A program made the position numbers and the translations under genes. A stretch of DNA of 62,958 nucleotides, the filler included, from Lenisia limosa (Eukaryota; Protista; Breviatea): the NCBI GenBank assembly GCA_001655205.1. It is 6 parts of 6 records of this genome, joined end to end, with 100 filler letters (N's around TTAATTAATTAA, not from the genome) between each part and the next. Parts side by side here need not be neighbours in the genome. Positions count along the whole stretch, not along the records: positions 30,352 to 54,923 come from LPNZ01001855.1; 5 more parts are not named here. One strand, written 5' to 3'. Below the pieces are notes generated by a model. It was not told the origin of the DNA. It saw only the letters and a list, made by a program, of their open reading frames with translations, and made no database searches. How positions within the stretch are numbered: position 1 is the first letter of the stretch; each line of letters starts with the position of its first letter. Below are positions 38,477 through 49,862 of the stretch, piece after piece.

Positions 38477-41400
38477 ATGTTATCTGCATTGAGATTGATG
38501 CCAGCAAGGGCGTTGGCCCGAACATTTTCGTCGTCACTGACAAACCTCACTAAGGTCGTTGTCGTTGGGGGGTAGGCTTATTTATTGCCCCAAATGTTTG
38601 TCACAACCACTATAGCGTTGCTGGTGGTGCATCTGCTGCTGCAAAGGCAAGGCGTCAAGATGAAAGCGCGGAAATCGTCATGTTTGAGAAGGGCAAATAC
38701 GTTTCCTGTATGAGAGAAGTTATTCGTGCTCTATTAACGAGATTCCTTTGATTATATCACCACATTTTCCTAAGTTATGGTTCGCATTCCATTGAAACCC
38801 ACTCCTCCTGCTCTCTTCTGACCATTTAGTTGCAAATTGTAAGAAGGCGAAGGGCAGAAAACAGCGAAAAATGAAAGGAGGGAAAAGTTCTTCTTTGTTT
38901 CCCTTGAACTAATCCATTTAGGTGGCCTTCCAATGTACATTGGCAAAGTTATCAAGGTGAGCGGAAAGAGCAAATTTAAAGATCAGGAGAGGTCTTTTTA
39001 GACAGAGTTGGGTTTTGACTCCTGCAATGAAACTGCTTCAGAAATCGAACGTAACACATCAGGACCGCTCGTCTCTCTTCCTTCAGACTCCCGGCTCTTT
39101 CTGGGATCGGTTCCGAGTTGATGTTCGAGTTGAAACCGAAGTAACCAAAATTGACCGAGGTTTGTGAATGGATATGGTGAGTGAAATGGTGTATTGTTGT
39201 ATCTGGTATCTGGCCGAAAGCACAACTTCGTAAATTGTAAAAAAAAATAATACCAAATTGCTTAATGACAAACTGGTGGAATACTCAAGAAAACATCTCA
39301 ATGCAAGCATTTTAAACCCCAAATTCTCAATTTTCCTTTTTGGAAAGTAATGTAACATTGCAGAGAACAAAGCAGTTCATTGGATCCGTGGTGAGGAGTC
39401 TGGTACTGAGGATTATGACAAACTCATCCTCTCTCCTGGTAAGATAGTGTGATTAGTATGACAAACAGGCGCATCGGCTATTATGCCGCCTGTCCCGGGT
39501 GCAGATGCACCAAATGTCTTCACTGTCAAGGTTTGTTTACCGAAGTATCAGTAACATAACCATCAGACTGTCCCTGACACCGACCGTATTAAGGCATTCC
39601 TGAAGGGGCGTGAAATTAAAAACGTCACTGTCATTGGTGGCGGCTTTATTGGTAGGTTACAAGCCATAGTAAAAACAAATTATGACCGAGGGATAATGTG
39701 ACACAGAATGTGTCTTTTGTTTAAATTCATCAGATGCAACCAAGGCCGATATGAAATATGTGTGTCGAGTCTGTCTTGATTCAATCCCTCTTCTGACTAT
39801 TTTTTAAAATTTTGAGACTTTATTCAAGAAAAACAATTCTTACTCTAGCTTGCTCTATCTGACGCTCCAGGATTAGAGTCAGTTGAATCGTTCCACCATC
39901 TTGGAGCTAAGGTCACAGTAGTTGAGAAAATGGACCATCTTTTGCCAAACTTCGACGCTGACATGGCCTGGCCGGTAAGAATCATGAGGCCTGACGATTT
40001 AGATGTCGGAATGGCTTCGCCATCACAACGTCGATGTGATTACAGGTATGCTCTTATTGATAGTTACTGACAATCAGGAGACGGTGTTGCTGAGTTTAAC
40101 ACAGAGGAAGAGCATGGTGGCATTGCTGAAAGGTAACAACTCCAGTGCTGGCTTATATTTTAGCATCCGTCTTGAGTCCGGGAAAGAGATCGAATGTGAC
40201 CTTGTCATCGCTGCTATTGGAGTGCGCCCCACCACCAAGCTGGCTATTGATGCTGGTCTTGAAATCGGCCCTTCTGGTGGAGTTCGTGTCAACAGCAGAC
40301 AACAAAGCAGCGGTTTGCAAGTGTTGATATGAGGGAGTAACCAAGTAGACCCAGACATCTTTATCGCAGGAGACATTTCAGAAGTTCAACATCTTGTATC
40401 TAAACAGCCCACTCGCTTAGCTCTTGCCGGTCCTGCCAACAAGCAAGGTATTTTTCAACACGCCAAACTGCCAATTGTGCGCCAACACCACATTCATTGT
40501 ATCAGGACGTGTTGCTGGAGCGAATGCAGTTGGGGGTGACATGGAGTTCCATGGTGCCATTGGAACAGGTGCCGTGCAGGTGATGGGGCTTACAGCCGCC
40601 TCTACTGGCCTCAATGAACGGGACTGCAAGCGCCACGGTATTGACTATGAGGTTTGTAGCGCTTCAGCTTGATTTTTCTCATGACAGGTTATTCTTCTTC
40701 ACCCCGCTGACCACGCGACCTACTACCCTGGGTCGCAGCTTATTGACATGAAGCTTTTGAGCGAAAAGGAAACTGGTCGAATTCTTGGAGCGCAGGTTTG
40801 TTGATTTCTCATCGACCTGATCATTCTAGCTTATTGGAACCCAAGGAGTGGACAAGAGATGTGATGTTTTCGCTACAGCCATTGCCGGTTTGGCTGAAAA
40901 CTGGTTTATCTTTCTTTTCATGTGAAAAGAGAAATAGTAACGATGACAGGGAACATGACTGTATATGATTTGGAACAGCTTGACCTTGCCTATTGTCCAC
41001 AGGTCTTTGGGTGAATAGTGTTATGCTGATTACCAAATATTTGTCATTTATATCATATCAACAACATAAAAATATCAGGGAAAACCCAAAGATTACTGTT
41101 CATTAACTGCGTAGATTGGTTCAGCAAAGGACCCTGCGATGATCGCTGGCTACTGCGCTGCCAACTCTCTGAGAGGATTGGTGGGCTACCTCAAAATGCC
41201 TATCCACCCTAATCCTAACACTTTGACCTTTTAGCATCACCCCATCACTCCTGAGGGGCTCCACAATCTTCTTCATGGAAATGAGTTCAAGGACATGCAA
41301 CTTATTGACGTCCGAACATATGGTGAAGCAGACGTCTCACAGGTTGGTGTCCAATGGTGCACATTGTGTTAACCTTAGATTCTCGGAACAACTCACACCT

Positions 41401-41827
41401 TGCCGCTTGACAGTCTGCGTGAACTTGTACAGCATCTTGACCCCGAGGTTTGTGCTGTTTTTCAAGATCTTCTTCTCTCATTATCCAGGAGAAAACGGTT
41501 GTTTACTGCAGATCCGGACTCCGAGGCTATGTTGCTGAGTGCATTTTGAGACAGCATGGATTCACGTGGGGGAGCGGACATGTCGATATGAAGTTCTGGC
41601 AATTTTGAACCCATTTGTTCTGTGGAGTAAATTAAAGTTTTCATGAATGAAAAGATGTGATGAAAACTGATATTTTAGGGATGTGCATAATCTCACTGGT
41701 GGCATTCTCTCTATTGAAGGTTTGTGGACTGAGTGGGACGTCAATTTTTGGGAGAGGTTTTGTTTGGTGTTTTCACCTCGCAGGCTGTGACATTGATCAC
41801 AAGGAGTATCGCCCCTCAAGCTATTAA
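38477..41827 (+). CDS. CoA-disulfide reductase-rhodanese fusion (CoADR-RHD / Npsr-like persulfide reductase) with a predicted mitochondrial-type presequence
   Basis: About 23 exons. N-terminus MLSALRLMPARALARTFSSSLTNLT; FAD motif KVVVVGGVAGGASAAAKARR; catalytic YVSFANCGLPMYIG; YDKLILSPGA; NADH motif VIGGGFIGLE..VTVVE; DPDIFIAGD; LALAGPANKQGRVAG; HATYYPG; GVDKRCDVFATAI; DLEQLDLAYCPQIGSAKDP; rhodanese LIDVRT..VVYCRSGLRGYVAECILRQHGF..NLTGG. TAA at 41825-41827. Confidence 0.93.
38830..38838 (+). other. 9-nt microexon (TTGCAAATT) within the CoADR catalytic motif
   Basis: Flanked by catttag and gtaag. It is needed to join TCC T| and |GT GGC into S-F-A-N-C-G-L-P. Confidence 0.85.
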
Positions 41828-42284
41828 CTTATTATTGAGCAATATGTCATGTAATATTTATCGGTTTATATCAACAACAGATGTGTCAAGAAAATTAAGG
41901 CTCATAAACACATAAACAAATAAACAAAGGTTATGGTGTCAACTGGATTGAGATTATGATGAACCGTGGTCTAATGGTCGACCATTATCTCATGATATGC
42001 AGCATGGCCAGCATGGCTGTGTAGTCACATGGGTTAGATGGTAGTGGTGTAGTATGTATACTGCAGGTATATTGCGATTATACATACCTTAGCAACATGT
42101 ATATTGGAAGACAAAAGGGGCAAAGAACTAAAAAAAAATGCATATACCCCTCGCGCCCGCCCTTGCCNNNNNNNNNNNNNNNNNNNNNNNNNNNNNNNNN
42201 NNNNNNNNNNNNNNNNNNNNNNNNNNNNNNNNNNNNNNNNNNNNNNNNNNNNNNNNNNNNNNNNTGAGGCAGAATACGGAAACA

Positions 42285-45200
42285 AAAAACTTGCTGAGGG
42301 TTCGAGGTTCCCGTAACACATGTGGTGATCCCCACAATAAACCAACCTTCTCCCCATCTTCCAACGCTATGTCGACTGTGAACACTGAAGATGTTGAATG
42401 CACTTCACCTTCTTTGATAGACAGTGAGGAAGAGGGCGGTCGACTCTCACAATCTAGGTCGCCCAACAACATCCCACAGTCTGAACCTTCCGTTATGGCC
42501 TGATGATGACGATATCGGTCCAGCTGCCATTGTTGATGCGTACGTTTGGGATTTCTATTTTGATTACTGTTTAGTTTAAACGAAGTCCCTGAACCCGCAA
42601 TACCTCGTCAGGCTGTTAGAGGACAAGGTTGATTTTATTTTGATTGTGATTTCGTCATTATTGCAGGACGACCCCAATATGTCACTGCTCGAGACAGAAT
42701 TAGAAGAGTTGTTTTAGCAAAGTTTGCTCACAATTAATTTTTTTATTATTATTTAGAGAAGAACCAGCCCCACTTGAAAACCCCATTTCCTCGCAACCAG
42801 AGAAGGCCCGCACACCAACCCCACCAACCCCATCGTCATTATACTCCTACCAGTCATCAAGATCAAGTTCTCCTTCTCTTCGCCCGGTATGTGGGGCTAA
42901 TAATGGTATACTCAGAAACGTTTTCGAAACAAGCTTTGGTCTTTATCTACAATTCTATATTTATAGAGATTCTATTGATGGATAATTCTCAAAAAGTCCT
43001 ATTTTCAAAATATTAACACATAATACCATAGGACTCACCATTATCGCCAAAAGTCCAAGATGAGGAGGAGGTTGAAAATGTTTTTGTACCCTCTTCTTCG
43101 CCATCTCGCCTCAGAGTTAGACAGGATTTATTAGGTTTGAGGCGTTGATGAGTCTGAACAGGTTCTCAATGGTTCCAAATAATACCGGGATCTATTGATG
43201 ATGTGTATATATAGCAATGAGAAATAAAAANNNNNNNNNNNNNNNNNNNNNNNNNNNNNNNNNNNNNNNNNNNATTCACCCAATCATTTTGCCTTAAAAC
43301 TCTGTGCACACAGCTTTCTGCGTGCCTCCCCAACATACCTACAAGGATGTGTATAGATATTTATTTTTCGTGGTTCACAATAGATATTAAGGAGCCTAAC
43401 CTCGCAGGGACTTCAAAATCATCCCGCAAAGCACCTATCCACCACCCTCCGCGAATCCAATGTTGTGCTTCTGTAGCAGTGGAGGTCCCTTTGGTCCCCC
43501 AGGTTTGTGCTGCTAACGGTGTTTCTTACTGCCAAGGGCTCGTTAGATATCACTGAGGAAGTTGGATTTTACATGAAGCCTGGATGTGTCCCTCTGTCTG
43601 CCCGCCCGGTGAATGTGACAAATGAAGAAGGTGGGGACGGTTGTTGGTGTCACATTTCAGTACCCGTTGCTGTTGAGAAGCCTATGCTTACAATGGAGTC
43701 GGCAGCGTCAATGGACTGGCAGGACCCCCCAACCCCTGTAATATCCGTTTCGGTTCAACAACGTCCTCTGTCTGCCGGCCCTGAGGCCCCTGTAACTACA
43801 CCAGTACAGGTTGTTCCAGTGGAGTCTGAATCTGCCAAGGAACCCGAAAAGGTAGTCGTGGTTCCACCCAAGGTTATGGAAGTACCAAAGAACACAGTTC
43901 CATTGGCATTTAAGACAACTATTCCCCCAAAGCCGCCGCAGCCCCCTGCACCAGATGTTTTTAAAGAGATAGAGCAAAGGCAGCCAAACGTGGTGAGTAG
44001 CAGTCCCGAGCGGAGGGGATCGATTAGCCCAACCAAACTAACTCGCGGGCCTCCACGCCGACGCAATCGAATGGAAATGTCTCAACAGCCCCAGGAGTCG
44101 TTATATGCGAAGCAGATCGCCTTGAAACCTGACACTTTATTCGGCATTTCTCCCAATGCCCAACCTTCCGAAGGAGCCTTCTTCACTGCAAGCAGGACGG
44201 GTACTGAAGAAGACAGATATGGAAGTGGATTACAGAAGGTTGGCTTGACTGGGGAGTTCCTTTTACTTTTTAGCTCACATTCAATCTGGATGAAGCCCAA
44301 GCGTTCAAGTCCTCTTTAAAGGTAAGGAGAAGTCAGCATAGTCAACTTCAATTTACAAAATAGGATACTTTAGACCGACGTCGTGACCATGAACTATTGA
44401 ATTTGGAACTGGTGGGTGAAGTGTAGTGTTGACTTTCAAGATTAAAGACCATGTCAAACAGCAATTTCTTGAAGACCGCCATCTCTTAGAGAGTCGGCAA
44501 AGGCAGGCTGAGGCCAAAAAGTTGGCCCTGCAAGAACAATGTCGGGATGATGAATTGATTGAAAAGGTAAGGGTTAAGACCTTGAAAAGTCATTATTTAG
44601 ATGGAAAGCATGAAGACGATTGCACAACAAAATTTGGAGCAAAAACGGGAGCAAGTCAAAGCAATTAAGGTAATATGCAATTATAATTTTATACCCACCA
44701 TCCATTTGGCACCTATTATTTTGTTTTGTTAAGCGACGATGGATTGTTGACTTTACGTTTTGTTTGACATTACAGTCGCAACGACAAGAAGTCAGCCAAA
44801 ACCTTCAACATACAAAAGCGGCTGCTAATACCCAGGCGGCAAACCAAATTAGGTTTGATCGTATCTTGAGTTACCTTTTCAGAGAGTATTCCGAGAATGT
44901 CAAGAAACAACGTGCCCAAAAGGAAGGTCTCCATAAAACCCAGGTGGTGGCTTTTTGCAATGCATGAAAAGATCATTGCACTCTTTGATTTGGGATTTTC
45001 CTTTCAGGAACCCATTACTTTTCAGCAGCATTTAGCTCATTTTGTATTTAGCAAAATGTTTGAGAATACTTTTGTTGTACTTAGCTAACTGCTCGGAAGA
45101 TGGATTTAACAACTACTTTTTCCCCCCCCTAAAAAGTAATAGCTAAGTACAAAATGAGCTTAATACAACTAAGTTCTGAAATGTTGATTTTCTCAGTAGA

Positions 45201-46029
45201 TGACATCATCGAAGTCTGCCATTGTTTGACAAATTTTAGGTTGAGGAGATGGTAGCAGCTTCTTCTGAAGCGCAACTTAAGCACTCAGCTTCAATTGAGA
45301 AATCGCAACAAGTGTGCTGGTTCTTCAGATAAAATGTGATATCATGTTCTGGCCTGTTCTTTACTCTATTTTTAGCTTTTATCCAACAATTTAGATGAAG
45401 CAATTGACAAATGTTTATGCAGCACTGAGTAGAAGAGAGCGAATTGTTGGTCTGTGGGGAGACACATTCAACTTTTGCTTCGCTTGTATTAACCCAGTAG
45501 CGATGCATTTAAGAAAAGAAAGAAATGCAAAGCAGTCACAGCTGAAGGTTCACAGAGTAAAAGAGAGGTCATCCGTCCGAACTGAATCTTTGAAGCAGAG
45601 GCAAAATGTTAGGAGCTTCTAATATTATTGTCCTCATTCACTTAGGCTGAGCAGCAGAGAAAACAGGAGGAATCCAACCGACAACGAGCAATATATCAAG
45701 AGGCGTACGAGCAGAGGAAAGCAATAACTGTTTGTCGGTCTCTGAAAATGATATTTCCAGGAAAGTGAGAAGGCACAGGTTCGCCAACGAATTGAGCTGC
45801 GAAAATATGGGCAACATGAATCCATGGAATTGGTCCCCACAGAACCCAAAAATTTAGCAGTTAGCAGTTCTTTCAGTGTACTTATTACTTCAGAGACCTT
45901 TCTCTCCACCTTTGACGCCTCGAGAAGATGACGTAATGCTGATAAGGTTGCAGGATTAAATTCTCCTATTGTTAATGGCTTATAAATATTAATAACTATT
46001 GCAGGAGGAGGGCACAGTCAACTGCTTGA
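42285..46029 (+). CDS. Hypothetical protein with a Pro/Ser-rich low-complexity middle and a charged coiled-coil C-terminus; 5' end in an N gap
   Basis: Large exon in ORF 43507-44319, then exons DHVKQQFLEDRHLLESRQRQAEAKKLALQEQCRDDELIEK, AEQQRKQEESNRQRAIYQEAYEQRK and RPFSPPLTPREDDVMLIR/RRAQSTA, TGA at ~46029. Confidence 0.6.
43208..43335. repeat. Second interspersed repeat, copy A (interrupted by an N gap)
   Basis: ATAGCAATGA..AAATAAAAA and AAAACTCTGTGCACACAGCTTTCT..CCCCA(A/G)CATA shared with 61378-61475. Confidence 0.6.
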
Positions 46030-46144
46030 TGGCAATAGTGTTATTTATCATTTTGTGTTAAATTTTTTATAATTATGTTACCTTTGAAGAGTAATACTGA
46101 CAGAGCAAGCAATTGTTTGAAAGGAACATACATCAATGTTGCAG

Positions 46145-47394
46145 CTATGCAGGCAAGAACGCATCCTTGAGACCAGAAGACTTCTTTTTGAGCTTGAGGC
46201 CGCCCTTCTTGGCAGGAGGTAAAGACGATGACGATGATGGGACGGTTGTCTTTGGTGAGGGCGTAGTGACGGTCGGGGTTTCTCTAAAAACATGTCACAT
46301 TCATACTTGAAACAAGAGCTAATACACCAATCATCACAACAAATTGAAAAACAACTCAGCGATGTACACGTACTGAAATAAAAGCAATTATACAATGGAA
46401 ATACTATATAAAAAAAATAATAATAATAAAAAAAACTAAATGATAAGAAAACGAAGTAATTGAAAATAGTTACGATACGAATGAAATTACTCATATTATA
46501 TACCTTCTGGCATCACTTTGCATGAACCAAAAATGGGTAATTAATAGGGGATTGCCAACATACTGTGAAATGGCAATGGGACCATGGGACGGTTGGACTG
46601 TGTAAGTACCTCCAGGGCCTCCACCAATACCACCATATTCAGGTCTGCCTGCTTTGATAGCTTCTTGTTTCTGTTTTTGAATTTCCTTCTGACGACGCTT
46701 TGCTTGGATCTGCGCCTCATTTCTTTGAGCCTAATTGAGGTAAGGTAGCTGAAAACAAGCTTTTCAGCTCTCATAAATAATCCCAATTGTTTCCAAATTA
46801 ATAAGACCGCTTGCAGACCTCTTCGAGAGAGATTGCAATTCGCTCTTCATTAGAATCCATCTCCAAAAGTGTCTTCAGTTGAGCAAGGTTAAGATTTTCA
46901 CGGTATCCATTAGAAACAACCTTGAATACAGGTCAGCTCAATGACAACTTGGCAACCAATACAAACCTCATCAAACGCAAAGACCAACTCGAACTCCTTT
47001 GCTCTAACAGCGTATTCATCAACGCTTCCACTGCAGTTATCCGTCACCTATTCAATAAATGGAGAATTCACGAAATTAACCTCACCACTTGGCAAAGAAG
47101 CTTCAAAACTTCTAAATCATCTCCAATATTAGAGTTTTTAGTTGTAACAATTAGTACAAAGAGCGTCTCGACCGGTAAATAAACGTATCTGACGTTTTCA
47201 TTCTCTTCAAAGCTATGCTGAGAGTTTGTGGAGAGCAGCTTTGGAAAAGCAGAAAGGAGTCCATGGATATGTGCTTTCGAGACTGCCACAAACTGCCTTG
47301 AAAAAAGAACTACAAAAAAATGAACACACTAAACCATTAGTCCTTCGTTACCTTTTCCAGCCTTCGTTAAGACACCCGCAGAAAGGATAACCAT
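46145..47394 (-). CDS. ARCN1: Coatomer subunit delta (delta-COP), apparently without the C-terminal mu-homology domain
   Basis: [122 protein letters not shown], then AQRNEAQIQAKRRQKEIQKQK. Ends KKGGLKLKKKSSGLKDAFLPA, TAG at 46145-46147. Confidence 0.92.
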
Positions 47395-47868
47395 CCTTAC
47401 AAGGAAGCACTCAGTGACGTTTTTCTTAGCAAAGATGAACTACAGTTATCTTTTCTTGCAGTTGAAGAAATTAATAATTCTACTAATAGGTTTTATGTCT
47501 AATTTGGTGACTCTAGTTCAAAGACGGTAACCAATTACATTAAAGAATTTTCAAATTTGTTTTCAAATATTTATAATAATATTACATGGGGGTACGAGCA
47601 CGTAGTCATGTGGGGCATATAACGCAATGGATCCCGAACAATCGCGAGCGGACTTGATCATATCAGTGCTGCATCAGTGGGATCTTTGCGCTGTTTCACT
47701 CAAGGTGGAGTTCACTCAAAAACAAAGAAGATAATACAAAAAGGTGGGATTCTCAAACATTATTTTAATGTTCCTGCTGCTACAAAAAGAGTTACATACA
47801 TCAAATAAAATCAACCAAAAATGCCACCCTTTAATGGCTCCATTACCATACCTAAACCCTTTGTAAAT

Positions 47869-49497
47869 CTAGTCAGAGTCCGAATCAAATGTCATTGATT
47901 GCCCAGACGGCTTCATTGCAAGAAGCTGTATTGATAAATTGATGGACTCTTAAAATACCTGTTCGCTTCGCTTTGCTGCTGCCCAACTCTCATGTGCATT
48001 GACTGCATTGACAACCTTTTTCTTCTCAACATTCTTTTTAAGTTCAGTCTGATTGTAAATGAAAAACAATAAAGGAATAAACCAAACCTTCACTGCTTTC
48101 CTTTCAATAATTCTTTTTGTTATTCTTTCACGGTCTTTTTTCTGACATGTAACTTGAATTTACTCTCAAACCTCTGTTGACTTGTCCCCCTTCAAGAGGT
48201 GTTTAGCTTCCTTTCCATGTTCTATCTCCGCGGCTCTGAAATATATTGTCACTTTTTTAAAACAAAAAAAAACCCACTTTCTTCTCGCAAACTGCCCAGG
48301 GCGATTTTTCTTCTTCTTAACTGGTTTTCTTATCGTCTAAAGAATAAACCAGAAATTAGTGACTTCTTACCTCTTCAGCATCAGAAAAGTCACTATCACT
48401 GTTATCTTCTCCAAGTGTCATGAAAATTGAAGACTGAACAGGCTAAAGAATAAAAGCTAGAAACATGACATGGAGTACAAAAGAGAAAGAAAACCCTCAA
48501 ACGCCTTCATCATCGTCCATACTCTCCTCATCAGACTCAGACTCTTCCTTTCTAGCTTTACCTTTGCCTGCCTTTAAGCTCTGGAGGTCTCTTCGAAGAT
48601 CATTCAGTGCTTGTCCAACTACTCACAATAAGAACGAAAATACCAGCTTTTGAGCAAGTTTTTTAAAACACACCAACTGACCCTTTTGCAAACTGAAAAG
48701 TCGCTGACAAATATGGATTTCTCTTGAATCTGGCTTCAAATCTTTGGCCGAGTCCTTAAAAATGAGATGAGACTGTAGTTTATCAACACCTCTTCATACC
48801 TCTTTCAAAACTACAGCCAAGAGAGTGTCCATTGAAAAACTCTGAAGTTGGTGAGTAACAAGAAGACATTTTTCAAAAAAACAAACTAGAACACACCTTC
48901 AATTCAGCAATACGCTTCTCAAAACCCTCTTTTTTGTCTTTTTTGAGACGGGTGACCAAATCTTTTCGACACTATCAGGATGAGGAAGACCTTTTAAAAG
49001 CACCATTTCAGGTATAAACAGAAAGCTGTTCAGAGAGTTGTAAGGCAAAATAATTAATATTTGAAAAGCGTGATGATGTGGACAACCTCGGCGATACTTA
49101 CTACCTTATCTTGTTACTATTACTGAATCTAGACTATTTCTAAAAAAGACACGGAATAAAACTGTATAATTGTTTTGATTCCTATATTTTAGCAGCACTG
49201 CGTTGTATCAAAATCATTAACAATGCTAAAAAGCAACTGATTGAAGAAGGTAATTCCGTACCTGGTTTGCTGTTTTCATAAACTTGGCCTTGGCTTGCTC
49301 ACATTGGCCCTCAGAAAATCTAAATGATAATAAAAATAGATTCAGAAAGAAACAAACTTTATAAGAAGGGTTTTAAGCTTCTTTTTCTTTTTGTTTATCG
49401 CAGCTTTTGAAAGAGTTGTCTTCTCTCCTTTGATTTGATTTCTCAATCGATAGATTTCATTTTTGAGTGAAGTCTGTGTCTCAACTAAAGATGGCAT
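47869..49497 (-). CDS. BUD22: BUD22 / SRFBP1 family ribosome biogenesis protein
   Basis: Basic N-terminus and acidic tract, then family-like motifs KKKNRPGQFARRKAAEIEHGKEAKH, MHESWAAAKR and terminal KPSGQSMTFDSDSD, TAG at 47869-47871. Confidence 0.78.
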
Positions 49498-49862
49498 TTC
49501 TAAGAAGTGAACCCAATGCGTTTTAAAAAACCAATGATAGAGTGATATGAAGATTATTTATAAAGCCAAAACCCGACTCACTTCCAAGCTGCCTGAGGAG
49601 AGGGGGGGGGTGACGTCTGGCTGCAACCTTCTTGTAACCTTCCAAAACAAATTGTAGTTAGTTGGTGAAGAGGAGGAGGGGTGGGGGAGCGAAGGGAAGG
49701 GATTGATGGTTGATTGCTTGATTGAGAGCCGAAATTTGATGAAAGCGAAACCCGGTCGCGCAGATATACTTTTAATGTTTTTTTGTTTTTTTTTTCTTTC
49801 CCATTATATGGTTCTAAAATAAGAGAATTCTCTTGAATTCTGTACATAAATAAGTTGTGAGG

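Noticed and set aside
40305-40350. Apparent GC-AG intron in the reductase gene
   Set aside because: A GT donor (AGC G|gtttg) gives the better-conserved QSSDPDIF reading.
47686-47700. ATCTTTGCGCT as the 5' end of U4 snRNA
   Set aside because: Similarity stops after about 11 nt; no U4 5' stem-loop or Sm site follows.
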